From the NCBI GenBank assembly GCA_013288335.1, contig JABDCC010000001.1:38862-102861 (forward strand): a stretch of DNA of 64,000 nucleotides, in the 5' to 3' direction. The translations under genes were made by a program, and so were the position numbers. Shown here one piece after another: positions 1 to 9,572 of this stretch. The DNA is from Alphaproteobacteria bacterium. Lineage in GTDB: Bacteria; Pseudomonadota; Alphaproteobacteria; Rickettsiales; JABCZZ01. A model generated the notes under the pieces. The model was not told the DNA's origin, searched no databases, and worked only from the letters and a program-made list of their open reading frames with translations. Within the stretch, counting starts at the first letter, position 1, and the number at the start of each line of letters is the position of its first letter.

Positions 1-47
1 TAAGTTGCTATAAGTCCACTTCTTATTTCGGGTGCCTAGCCAAAAGC

Positions 48-79
48 CCGGTTAAATTGTCGCGGGGTGGAGCAGCCCG
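48..79 (+). pseudogene. Truncated 5' copy of tRNA-fMet plus leader (direct repeat of 146-176)
   Basis: ccggttaaattgtcgcggggtggagcagcccg vs ccggttaaatgtcgcggggtggagcagcccg; identity stops in the D-loop. Confidence 0.8.
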
Positions 80-157
80 CCGAAGCGTAAGCCTGAAAGG
101 CGAAGCGTCGAAAAACAAATACTGAGCTGCCGGGCTTATTGAAGTCCGGTTAAATGT

Positions 158-234
<77 letters not shown>

Positions 235-455
235 AACTTCTTAGTAAAATCAATAGCTTGAAGAAACAGGTGTTGAATATCTTCGTGTATCACATTGGGT
301 TTTGCGATCATGAGCGAGGCCGCCTAATTGGTTGGGCGGTGAAGAACCAATATTCTCCCAAAGCAGCCAACGACAAGCGTTGTAACATAATTGTAACCTT
401 ATCCCGGTTTATTTTCATTCTAAAATGAACTATAATCCCTGCGGGGACATTTATA

Positions 456-1301
456 ATGCTAGAAGAAACAGCGATTCAGAACCAACCGGGTACAATAAAG
501 CCTCCTCTTAGTTTTTCTGAGAGGGAGATTGCCCGTATTGGACATATTGATAAGCCCTCAAAAGAAGCAGTAGCAGCAGAAAAAAATTCTGACAAGCAAG
601 TGGGCACAACACAACCTCCTCTTGTCTTTTCTAAGAGTGAATCTATTCCGCTTGGACTTGCGAATAAGATTTTGCGCAAAATCGCTTATACGGGTGGGTT
701 TGTTTCTTACATCCTCATCGGCTTATCGGGGGTTGCCAATAAAAACCCTTGGAGAACAGCATCAGGAATTGGATCTGCCGCCCTCAATGTTACTTCGATG
801 CTTGTGAAAGAAAATGACCAGGCACTTCCCCATACTTCCATCCCCGGTCAGATGGTGCACTCCTACCTTCATCCCCAGGAAAATACGTTATTCTTCAATC
901 GATCTGCGAGTTTTATCACGGACGCCCTCAAACTGATTGCTGGTCTTCAGAGCGGCAGAGATAAGGAAATAAAAGAGGGTGCGTTTAAGATAATAACAAA
1001 ATCCATAGATATTGCCGGTATGAGCGATCAGGACAGACGTGAAAGGCTTGCTCTCCATCACAAAAAAGAGGAAAGAAGCCTGCTTAGTAAAATATTTGCA
1101 AACCGATGGGTTTCGCTGGGCAGTTCGACAATAGCAGCGATACTTCAAGTGCAGCAGGGCCTTGAAGGTGATGGTAAGGGCAAGGACAAAAACATGCTAA
1201 TCTCGGGCATTCTTTATTTTGTGAACGTTTCAGCGCTGGCCCTCGATAATCTCATTATGGAATCCAAGATCAAAAAAACTCGCGATGACAAAGGAAGATA
1301 A
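456..1301 (+). CDS. Hypothetical membrane protein (orphan, effector-like)
   Basis: 281-aa ORF; several Gly-rich hydrophobic helices; internal N-terminal repeat GTxxPPLxFS; basic C-terminus. Confidence 0.7.
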   Translation: MLEETAIQNQPGTIKPPLSFSEREIARIGHIDKPSKEAVAAEKNSDKQVGTTQPPLVFSKSESIPLGLANKILRKIAYTGGFVSYILIGLSGVANKNPWRTASGIGSAALNVTSMLVKENDQALPHTSIPGQMVHSYLHPQENTLFFNRSASFITDALKLIAGLQSGRDKEIKEGAFKIITKSIDIAGMSDQDRRERLALHHKKEERSLLSKIFANRWVSLGSSTIAAILQVQQGLEGDGKGKDKNMLISGILYFVNVSALALDNLIMESKIKKTRDDKGR

Positions 1302-1590
1302 CAATAGCGAGTTGCCAAGCATGTGCGTTCTGGTGAAGGGACTCAGTGCATCAGGAGAGGCGCAATATGCCTACGTCGCTATTGCTTTTGATAAATATGA
1401 GGAATTTTTGAAAGCTGAAGCAGCGGGCTCATATGACTTAAGCGCATTTGGAACTATTCTTTGTCATGGTCTCGGAGCAGAGCCTCCCATTGAGCTACAA
1501 AAGGAAATGGAAGAAAAATATGACATATCCCATGATTTAGAGCAGCAAATCATGGATGCATTGGACGCGATAAAAGCTGAGAATACGTAA
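1285..1590 (+). CDS. Small acidic hypothetical protein
   Basis: 101 aa; overlaps the upstream stop by 17 nt; core YAYVAI...YDLSAFGTILCHGLGAEPP...EMEEKYD. Confidence 0.75.
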   Translation: MTKEDNNSELPSMCVLVKGLSASGEAQYAYVAIAFDKYEEFLKAEAAGSYDLSAFGTILCHGLGAEPPIELQKEMEEKYDISHDLEQQIMDALDAIKAENT

Positions 1591-1607
1591 TCTATAAATC
1601 TCTTGAC

Positions 1608-2417
1608 TTGATCTGGCAGGACGGTTGTATTTGTATACATCAATCCGTATGCAAGATGAGTCTTATGAGTTTAAAACAGAAAGTCTCCAAGTCGAAGCGT
1701 AAAGTACTGGAACTGGTAAAGCAGCCAGTAATACCTGCGGTAGGGCAGGAAATGAGTAACTACAAATATTTAACTCATATTCTGATATGGAATATCTTTT
1801 TTGGCATTGTGTGCATCCCAACCGCCGGAAAATTGATTGACGTGTTTGGCATTCCTTTGTCCATCACTATTTATTATTTTCCCTTTATTTATATTTTTGC
1901 CGATCTGATGACGGAGGTGTATGGTTACGCAATCGCAAGGCGGATACTGTATTACACCATTGCAGCACAGATCCTTTCGACCATCGCTTTTCAGTTTGTA
2001 GTGTATTATCCACCCTCCGTTGTCATGACCAATAATCAATCTTTTGTGGATGTTCTTTCCGCTGCTCCGAGACTTGTTTTCTTTGGCACGATGGCTATGT
2101 TTGTGGGAGATATCGTCAATAATTACGTGTTGGCAAAAATGAAAGTTTGGACAAAAGGGAAACATATTGCCGCCCGTTTTGCAATGTCGACTCTGTGCGG
2201 GCAATTAGTGGATACGGGTATTTTCTATGGGCTTGCCCTCTGGGGTATGCTGTCTGGTGGCATGCTTTTTAAAAGTATCCTGATGGGAAGCGCCATCAAA
2301 ATAGGGTTAGAACTTATCCTGTTACCCATCACACTGCGAGTATCGGCAAAACTTAAAGAACTAGAGAAAGTTGATTTCTATGATTACAAAACAGATTTCA
2401 ATCCTTTAAAATTATAG
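1608..2417 (+). CDS. Queuosine precursor transporter (VUT/YhhQ family); true start probably 1665 or 1752
   Basis: FPFIYIFADLMTEVYGY..ARR, NNYVLAKMK, RF.MST..GQLVDT.IF, C-terminal D.YDYKTDFNP motifs. Confidence 0.85.
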   Translation: MIWQDGCICIHQSVCKMSLMSLKQKVSKSKRKVLELVKQPVIPAVGQEMSNYKYLTHILIWNIFFGIVCIPTAGKLIDVFGIPLSITIYYFPFIYIFADLMTEVYGYAIARRILYYTIAAQILSTIAFQFVVYYPPSVVMTNNQSFVDVLSAAPRLVFFGTMAMFVGDIVNNYVLAKMKVWTKGKHIAARFAMSTLCGQLVDTGIFYGLALWGMLSGGMLFKSILMGSAIKIGLELILLPITLRVSAKLKELEKVDFYDYKTDFNPLKL

Positions 2418-2468
2418 GCACTCAAGTTCCATGAGTGTTTGGATTGTAAAAACTCCCCGCAATTTACT

Positions 2469-4142
2469 TTACGCTGCAAAGGCAGTGACCTTATCCCGGC
2501 CAGACGTTTTCGATTGATACAGCGCCTTATCCGCCTCATCGATAATTGAGACAGCATCCGTAGTGTCCTTCTTTAAACTACTAACGCCAATACTGACAGT
2601 AATAGGACGATTTTTCCAGGATGCTTCCAGAATGACCTTGCGAATAAGCTCGGCAGCTTTTAAAGCACCTTCCATAGGGGTTTGAGGCAGGATTACAGCG
2701 AATTCCTCACCACCATAGCGCGCTACGCAATCGGAGGCGCGCGCAGTATTTTTAAGAAGTGTTGCCACTTGTTTTATGACCTCATCTCCCGCAAGATGAC
2801 CAAATTCATCATTAAATTGCTTGAAGTAATCTATATCCAGCAGAATAAGCGAAAGTTCATTTTTATAACGCACCGCTCTTAGATATTCCTGCGCCAAATA
2901 TTCCTGAAAATAACGGTGATTCTTAAGCCCGGTCATGCCATCGGTATCGGCAAGTGTTTTCAATGTGTCTTTTTCAGATTCAAGCTGCCCTTTTTGCATT
3001 TTAAGCAATTCATTAGACATGCTGAGGTTAGTATGAGAATCCCTCAATGCTGCCGAAGCTAGAGCATCGCGCAAGGTTGCCGTGAGTACCCCTGCCATTA
3101 ATTGCAGTGTGCTAGAATCTTCTTCTGTGAAAGCAGAAGGCTTGCTGGATGCCACTTTTAATACACCAATCGTTTCTCCTTGTTGGATAAGCGGCACGAC
3201 AATCATGGAGCGCAGATTCACGGTACGGCATGCTTCTTTATCCACGCGATTGTCTGTATCGCTATCAGCGCAGTATAACGGCATAGCTTGTGCGACACAC
3301 AAGCCTGATAAACTACCCAGTGCTTTAATTCTGAATCCGATAAAACGTTCCATAGAACCGCTTACGGCACGGTAAACCATTTCATCGCCTTCCAGCATTT
3401 CGATGGCGGCGCCATCGGCATGAGTGATGAATTGTGTGCGTTCAGCAATAACTTTCATAGCATTTTCTAAGTTAAGCCGCTGAGAAATGATATCTTGCTG
3501 AATGTCGACAATCTGTGTCATTCGTGCAGCTATTCCGCGATGCATAGTGGCTGTTTCACTTTCCATCTTAAGCAACATTTCGCGCGCACGTGATTCCATG
3601 CGAAATGCAATATAAGTAAATATAATAAATAAATAGAGTATCGCGAATCCACTTATGAACAATATACGAGTGTGCTCCATCGATGCTTGCCACCGCGCGT
3701 CCCGTTCGGTAAGGAGGCGTTCTTCTTCCTGGCGCATGGTTGAAATATTCTGTGCGATGGCGCTCATTTCATTTTTATTCAGAGAAGCAGAAGCAGGAAA
3801 AGATTGATTTGTATTGAGCGAAGAATGTTTAAATACATCATCAATTAATTGACGAAGCGGCATAATCCGTTCCTGCTGGTTTGGGTTATCCTTAGTGAGA
3901 TTGGCAATGGTAGTAAGCGTTTGCAGAACTCGCTCTTCTGCCTGATTGTTCTCTTGCTCTCTCGCAATTCCTAACTGGCCCGAGAGTATCTCCAGCTGAT
4001 TCAGCACTTCGTAGGTGTGCGTTACCCATTGCCCCTGTTCCATCTGCTGGTTAGGAATATTATACAGATAGATGCCAATGATTCCAAAAAACAGAGTCAG
4101 TATGGTAATGCCGCCCAAAAAAGACCATCGCCACTTAGCCAT
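2469..4142 (-). CDS. Membrane diguanylate cyclase (CHASE3-GAF-GGDEF)
   Basis: Two TM helices around WVTHTYEVL (CHASE3); GAF (SMIVVPL); GGEEF with RxxD I-site (RASD). Confidence 0.9.
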   Translation of the reverse strand: MAKWRWSFLGGITILTLFFGIIGIYLYNIPNQQMEQGQWVTHTYEVLNQLEILSGQLGIAREQENNQAEERVLQTLTTIANLTKDNPNQQERIMPLRQLIDDVFKHSSLNTNQSFPASASLNKNEMSAIAQNISTMRQEEERLLTERDARWQASMEHTRILFISGFAILYLFIIFTYIAFRMESRAREMLLKMESETATMHRGIAARMTQIVDIQQDIISQRLNLENAMKVIAERTQFITHADGAAIEMLEGDEMVYRAVSGSMERFIGFRIKALGSLSGLCVAQAMPLYCADSDTDNRVDKEACRTVNLRSMIVVPLIQQGETIGVLKVASSKPSAFTEEDSSTLQLMAGVLTATLRDALASAALRDSHTNLSMSNELLKMQKGQLESEKDTLKTLADTDGMTGLKNHRYFQEYLAQEYLRAVRYKNELSLILLDIDYFKQFNDEFGHLAGDEVIKQVATLLKNTARASDCVARYGGEEFAVILPQTPMEGALKAAELIRKVILEASWKNRPITVSIGVSSLKKDTTDAVSIIDEADKALYQSKTSGRDKVTAFAA

Positions 4143-4333
4143 CCATTGCTCCTATACAGATTATAAACTTAGGGTGTCTCTAAATGAGACAATATCAGAG
4201 ATCGATATGATTGTGTATCTCTGAAACAAATTTCAGAGAAATTCTGTTAATCTTTAAGGGCATTGCGGATTTTACCATTTGTTCCTATGGTAATCCCAAT
4301 TCATAATGTATTTTTTACTGCGAAGGAGACAAT

Positions 4334-4732
4334 ATGCAAACGATTGATAAGGAGGATTTTATGAATACGAATGCGAATACTTATCTTGCCATCTTTCTTG
4401 GCAGTAAAACCAATCCGAGAATGGTGGCATGGAATGCGCTTTCTGAAAAAGAACAGCAAGCAAAAATGCAGCAAGGAATTTCTGCCTGGAAGGCCTGGGT
4501 CGAGAAACATCAGGCGTCCATTATTACTATGGGTGGACCGCTCGGTAAGACGAAGAAAATCACCCCGGACGGCATCAAAGATGTAAGCAACGAAATGGGT
4601 GGCTATACTGTCGTGCGTGCCGATTCGCATGAAGCGGCTGCTAAACTGTTCGAGAACCATCCGCACTTTACCATCTTTCCGGGTGAATCTGTAGAAGTCA
4701 TGCCGGTGTTGCCAATACCGGGGGGCAGCTAA
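4334..4732 (+). CDS. YciI-like ferredoxin-fold protein
   Basis: GGPLGKTK...GGYTVVRADSHEAAAKLFENHPH...VEVMP; SD aaggag upstream. Confidence 0.75.
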   Translation: MQTIDKEDFMNTNANTYLAIFLGSKTNPRMVAWNALSEKEQQAKMQQGISAWKAWVEKHQASIITMGGPLGKTKKITPDGIKDVSNEMGGYTVVRADSHEAAAKLFENHPHFTIFPGESVEVMPVLPIPGGS

Positions 4733-6004
4733 TTAAAGCTTCTCCAATTTAATTGCGGCATAAATAGCGACTAGCCCGTTGAGTAACGCGACTGTCAGAA
4801 ATACTTGCGGGATAGTGAAGGAAAGCGAAAGCATCGCGAGCGTCAGAAGCGTTGCGGCCACCATGAACAATGCATTCATCACATTGTTTGCGGCGATAAT
4901 GCGTGCGCGGTGTATGGCTTCGCTCTTTTGTTGCATAATCGCGTAAAGCGGCACGATGTAAACACCTCCGCTTACTGCGATAAAAAACAAATCGATAAGA
5001 ATTCGCAAACCCGAAAAGCTTCCGATAAACTCCCACAATGTCATGAGTTCTGTTCGGTAAGAAAGGGCGATGGCATTGCTGGCAAAATACAGATCAATCC
5101 CGAATATCGTCATGCAAATCGCGGCCAATGGCACGTAGGTGCTTTTTATAACGCCGTGCAATAGCTTGTTGCATAAGACAGAACCTATACCTATGCCTAT
5201 GGAAAAAACCGTCAGCAATAAAGTCACGACAGACGCATCTGCGTAAATGACGTTTTTTACGTAAGGTGCAAATTGTGAAAGAAAAGTAGCGCCTACCAGC
5301 CAGAACCATGAAATTCCAAGGATGCAGAGGAATACTTTTTTGTCGGTTTTGCTGAAACCAATGATATGCAAAGTTTCCTGCCAGATATTGCGGTTGATAA
5401 TAAGCGTTGGCTCCGGCGCAGGTGCTTCGGGGATATAACGGCTGATGCAGTAGCCGGTTATGGCAAGGGCAAGCAGGGCAAAGGATACATAATACACACC
5501 GCCCGTTTGCAGTATGAGCACACCGCCAAGAATGGTGCCGAGCAATATGGCAAGAAAGGTTCCTGCTTCAATGTAGGCATTACCTTGCAGTAATTCATCG
5601 TCGTGTAAATGTTGTGGCAATAGGACGTATTTAATCGGCCCGAAGAAGGTAGAATGCACTCCCATACAAAATAGTGCGAACAGGAGTAGTGCCACATTTT
5701 GTATGGCAAATCCCGCAATCGCGATTGCCATAATGGCGATTTCAGCAATTTTAATAATGCGCGTGAGTTTTGCCCGGTCATATTTATCGGCCAGTTGTCC
5801 GGCAGTGGCAGAAAATAAAAAGAACGGCAGGATAAAAAGCCCTGCTGCGAGCGTTACCAGAATTTGCGCATTGCTGCCCGTCTGCACCGCTACATGGTAA
5901 GTCACCAGCATCACCAGTGCATTTTTTAAAAGATTATCGTTAAACGCCCCAAGAAACTGGGTGAGGAACAAAGGCAGGAATCGTTTGGAATGAAAGAGCG
6001 GCAT
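4733..6004 (-). CDS. MFS transporter, LplT/Aas-type lysophospholipid flippase-like
   Basis: RFLPLFLTQFLGAFNDN, LFILPFFLFSATAGQLADK, FFGP.KY..LP, RARIIAANNVMNA. Confidence 0.85.
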   Translation of the reverse strand: MPLFHSKRFLPLFLTQFLGAFNDNLLKNALVMLVTYHVAVQTGSNAQILVTLAAGLFILPFFLFSATAGQLADKYDRAKLTRIIKIAEIAIMAIAIAGFAIQNVALLLFALFCMGVHSTFFGPIKYVLLPQHLHDDELLQGNAYIEAGTFLAILLGTILGGVLILQTGGVYYVSFALLALAITGYCISRYIPEAPAPEPTLIINRNIWQETLHIIGFSKTDKKVFLCILGISWFWLVGATFLSQFAPYVKNVIYADASVVTLLLTVFSIGIGIGSVLCNKLLHGVIKSTYVPLAAICMTIFGIDLYFASNAIALSYRTELMTLWEFIGSFSGLRILIDLFFIAVSGGVYIVPLYAIMQQKSEAIHRARIIAANNVMNALFMVAATLLTLAMLSLSFTIPQVFLTVALLNGLVAIYAAIKLEKL

Positions 6005-6058
6005 TCGGATACCGTATCCTGAGAGTACCTGTTTGGCAACCTATCCCCGGATGCGAGC

Positions 6059-6478
6059 TTACTCTTTCTGCCCACAGTTTTTGCATAGCACGGATTTGAA
6101 ACCTTCAAAGGTAAGGTAAAGACCAATCAGTAATGGAACCGTTGAGTAGACATAAAAATACTCTTCGTAATGGAGTGTGCCGAGCATTGAAATCGTCACT
6201 TCGGGTGGGCATAACAGTGACATCAAACCTTTGAGAAACAGTATCCAGCCAAAGAGGGTGACGATAATCGGCAGCACCCCGCCTGACCAGATATTGTGAC
6301 TGAGTATAATCGCAAGACCTCCTGTTAATATCAAGATAGCAACCAGAAATAGTAATGGTCGGTCTTGCAGCATCCCCGTCAGAAGCGCGATGAATAACTG
6401 CTTGTGCAACAACATAGACAGAGAAATAAAAATCTCGGCAATCCCGATAAGCCTGCTTAGAAAAATGGTACGTGACAT
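6059..6478 (-). CDS. Small 4-TM membrane protein
   Basis: Start reassigned to MSRTIFLSRLIG after SD ggag; HNIW and GW..LKG motifs. Confidence 0.75.
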   Translation of the reverse strand: MSRTIFLSRLIGIAEIFISLSMLLHKQLFIALLTGMLQDRPLLFLVAILILTGGLAIILSHNIWSGGVLPIIVTLFGWILFLKGLMSLLCPPEVTISMLGTLHYEEYFYVYSTVPLLIGLYLTFEGFKSVLCKNCGQKE

Positions 6479-6518
6479 AATGCACTCTCCAATGGTAGTC
6501 GGATGAAAATTATCTTCT

Positions 6519-7649
6519 CTATTCAGGCTGTTTATGTTCACCTTCTTCGGGTTTGCGTTCAGCCGGATGCGGTGCAGGCTGAGGATGTGGCGCAGCGGCC
6601 TGAGGATGGGGTGCCGCTGCTTCTGGTCTGTGTTCAACAGGTGAATGCTGACTATTAACAGACTGAGAATATGGGCCACCTCCTGGTTGACGTTGTGCTG
6701 CAGGACGCGAAACGGGCTGAGGATGTTGAGTCACCTCAGAATTCCGCTCAGCCGAATCTGCTGCCGGGCGTGCAGCAGGTTGATGTTGCATCGCCTCAGG
6801 CTTTTCTTGTTGATTTACAGGCTTATGCGCTCCCGCATTATTTGCAGCTTTAGGAATAGCAGCGCCTTTGGCAAGGGCAGGGTTTTTAATCACCGCCTGA
6901 TTGTGCTTCTCTGCTTCCACATTCTTTGGACCAGCTTGTTTTGCGGCGACTACGCCTTTGCCGGCAAACACACCGGGGTGCGTCGTCGCAGCAATAGCAG
7001 GTTTTCCATTGTTAGCGGACGCACGCAATTGCGGATTGCTGCTTGCAGCCTTCACGTTTTTCACCTGATCAGCAGTAGGCGGTAAATGCTTTTCATGCAT
7101 TGCTGCTTGTTCCTCATGCGTTGGTGCATCATGGGTTCCACCCGGACCACCATTAAAGCTGGCATTGGTTACGTTAGTGACATTGGTGATGTTGGTAACA
7201 TTCGTAACTGAACGGTTAACAACAAACATGTTTCCCTGCCATCCGCCGCCATTAAAGCCATGGCCACCATACCCGCCGCCATAATTAATGCCGCCGTAAA
7301 AACCGACATGCGTTCCCCAATAACCTTCGCGCCAGCCGAAGCCACCGCCACCCCAGCCCCAATAGCCAGGAGTCCATAAATAACCAAAAGTAGGTGGTTG
7401 TACCCAGGTACCCGGTACCCAATAATAACCAAATATGCCCCAGCGCCAATGTCCTGGTACCCAGATAAATCCTTCTTGCGGTGGCGCAGGTACTACATAT
7501 ACGGGGATAGCAGGAGGGGCAATGGCAACGGGCGCGCCCACGGAAATATCTGCTGAAACACCAACCCCAATTTGCGCGCTCGATGTTACCGGTGATAACA
7601 ACGCGAACAATACGAGGAAAGAAGTAATGAGGGTTTTTATATACTGCAT
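6519..7649 (-). CDS. Secreted WXXGXW-repeat protein with Pro/His/Gln-rich tail
   Basis: Signal peptide; WVPGHW, WVPGTW, WTPGYW, WREGYW repeats; FYGGINYG. Confidence 0.85.
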   Translation of the reverse strand: MQYIKTLITSFLVLFALLSPVTSSAQIGVGVSADISVGAPVAIAPPAIPVYVVPAPPQEGFIWVPGHWRWGIFGYYWVPGTWVQPPTFGYLWTPGYWGWGGGGFGWREGYWGTHVGFYGGINYGGGYGGHGFNGGGWQGNMFVVNRSVTNVTNITNVTNVTNASFNGGPGGTHDAPTHEEQAAMHEKHLPPTADQVKNVKAASSNPQLRASANNGKPAIAATTHPGVFAGKGVVAAKQAGPKNVEAEKHNQAVIKNPALAKGAAIPKAANNAGAHKPVNQQEKPEAMQHQPAARPAADSAERNSEVTQHPQPVSRPAAQRQPGGGPYSQSVNSQHSPVEHRPEAAAPHPQAAAPHPQPAPHPAERKPEEGEHKQPE

Positions 7650-7808
7650 ATCGGCACCTTGAGTTATTATGAATAATTAGATAACGACGCTTCTTAGGGT
7701 AAACTTTATCCATCCGCAAAAATTTTGTCCAGTATCAAAGGTATACATTGCAAAAATATAATGAATCCATAATGAGGGGGGCTCATTCTTATTAAGAACT
7801 AATAACTT

Positions 7809-8234
7809 CTAGGTACGTTCCCACGTTTCTAGTTTTCCGGGAATGGTAAAAAATAAGGGATGGGGGTGAAGAGATAATTTTTTTATAGCCCGTAATTTAT
7901 CTGGATCACGGCGGCTTAATTTTTCCCTCAGATGTTTAAGCTCAAATGCCATTTGTCCTTCTGTCACTGATATTGACATAGCACAAGGTTTGGCCAGGAT
8001 TTTTTGCTTATTAAAATTGTACCCTCTGCGCTCTGCCTCTTTATGTACCTCCCAAAGGTAAGTGGCAATGGCCTCCTTTGACGATGCAGATTCATAAAAA
8101 CGCTGTAATTGAGGGTGGTGGCGATATCCCTTGGTTTTTCCGTGAAGCACATGCTGCGCAAGCAAGGCCTCGCGCCATAAGGCGACTAAGCCTTTAGTAT
8201 CCAGAAATGAAGGATGAAGTGACCACAAACGCAT
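7809..8234 (-). CDS. Pyrimidine-dimer DNA glycosylase / T4 endonuclease V-like protein
   Basis: MRLWSLHP..LD.KGLVALWRE.LLAQ, GY.HHPQL.RF, EA.RRGY.F; start moved to 8234 because the longer ORF runs through tRNA-Leu. Confidence 0.85.
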   Translation of the reverse strand: MRLWSLHPSFLDTKGLVALWREALLAQHVLHGKTKGYRHHPQLQRFYESASSKEAIATYLWEVHKEAERRGYNFNKQKILAKPCAMSISVTEGQMAFELKHLREKLSRRDPDKLRAIKKLSLHPHPLFFTIPGKLETWERT

Positions 8235-8249
8235 AAGGATATTATAAAA

Positions 8250-8336
8250 TGGTGCCCGGAAGAGGACTCGAACCTCCATGATCTTGCGAACACTAGCACC
8301 TGAAGCTAGCGCGTCTACCAATTCCGCCATCCGGGC
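8250..8336 (-). tRNA. tRNA-Leu (CAG)
   Basis: Reverse complement gcccggatggcggaattggtagacgcgctagcttCAGgtgctagt...ggttcgagtcc...gggcacca; long variable arm. Confidence 0.97.
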
Positions 8337-8387
8337 TGAAATCAAGAGAAATGCGTTATAAAAGAGGATTACCTGCTTGTCTATAAC

Positions 8388-9545
8388 TTATCCTCTGCGG
8401 CGTAGGATTATCAGTGTAATTTCGGAAGGGTTAGCGGTGCGCAACGGTGGCCCCCAAAAACCAGTTCCGCGGTTCACATAAATCCACATATTTTCATGTC
8501 GATTCAATCCTTTATAGTAACGTTGAAACAATCGGATAAACAGATTGAAGGGGAAATATTGGCCGCCATGTGTATGGCCGGAAATTTGCAAATCAAACCC
8601 TGCAGCATGTGCTGCTTTATAGCTCGCCGGTTGATGGGCAAGAAGAATTTTTGTGAGATTAGACGGCGATCCTTCAAGTGCTTTTCCTGGATCGGATGCA
8701 TGATCAGATTGCATATACCGTGTTGAATAATCATTAATGCCTGCCAGGATAATTTCTTCGTTGCCGCGTTTGAGAATAATGTGCTCATTGGATAAAATGC
8801 GCGCGCCTAGTTTTGCAAACTCAGCAATCCACGCGCCTGCACCCCAATAATATTCATGATTGCCGGTTACAAAGAAGACGCCATAAGGCGCATGAAGCTT
8901 TGCAAGTGGTGCAACCTTATCTCGTAAATCTTCCACGCTGCCATCAACAAAATCTCCCGTGAGTGCAATGAGGTCGGGCTTTAGATTATTCGCCATAGTG
9001 ACTACATTTTCTGTATAATCACGGCCAATTATCGAGCCCACATGCAGATCGGAAATCTGCACTATTTTAAATCCATCAAAATTTGCTGGAAGATTATCAA
9101 GCGGTATTTCAACTGTGCGAACGGTAGGGCCAGAAGCGGCCTGTTTTATGCCAAGCGCAATAGTGCCAAATGTAAGGGCAGCAAGCAAAAATAATTGTCG
9201 TCGATCAAACAATGCACCATTATTAGGTAATGAAATCAATTTCCATATCGTACTTATAATATCAGCTGAGAGTGTATAGATGAACAGGCATGAAAGAATG
9301 CCGAGTGCCGCATAGGACGCCCAGTCAATGAGGTTAAAAATTACATTCAAGCCGCTGCGGTCTTTGAGTCCGGGAAATAAAAGCCGATCGCCAAAAGGCG
9401 CGGCAAGTTGCAGTGCGAAGAATACAAAAGTGAACAGCCACACTATAAACAAATGCCCACCCGCGAAAGGCCAGATGGCAACAAGGCTCATCGCCACATA
9501 ACCATTCATGAACGCAAGAAAACCGATAAGAATGAGGATTCGCAT
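8388..9545 (-). CDS. Membrane-anchored metallophosphoesterase (calcineurin-like)
   Basis: N-terminal TM helices; SDLH, TGDFVD, GNHE, LAHQP, SGHTHGGQ. Confidence 0.92.
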   Translation of the reverse strand: MRILILIGFLAFMNGYVAMSLVAIWPFAGGHLFIVWLFTFVFFALQLAAPFGDRLLFPGLKDRSGLNVIFNLIDWASYAALGILSCLFIYTLSADIISTIWKLISLPNNGALFDRRQLFLLAALTFGTIALGIKQAASGPTVRTVEIPLDNLPANFDGFKIVQISDLHVGSIIGRDYTENVVTMANNLKPDLIALTGDFVDGSVEDLRDKVAPLAKLHAPYGVFFVTGNHEYYWGAGAWIAEFAKLGARILSNEHIILKRGNEEIILAGINDYSTRYMQSDHASDPGKALEGSPSNLTKILLAHQPASYKAAHAAGFDLQISGHTHGGQYFPFNLFIRLFQRYYKGLNRHENMWIYVNRGTGFWGPPLRTANPSEITLIILRRRG

Positions 9546-9572
9546 GAACAAGAAGGTGCCTTTAAATTTTGA

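Noticed and set aside
1591-1751. preQ1 riboswitch before the queuosine-precursor transporter
   Set aside because: No recognisable aptamer stem or A-rich tail.
8235-8345. N-terminal extension of the 178-aa ORF
   Set aside because: It is translated tRNA-Leu sequence; the family N-terminus MRLWS starts at 8234.
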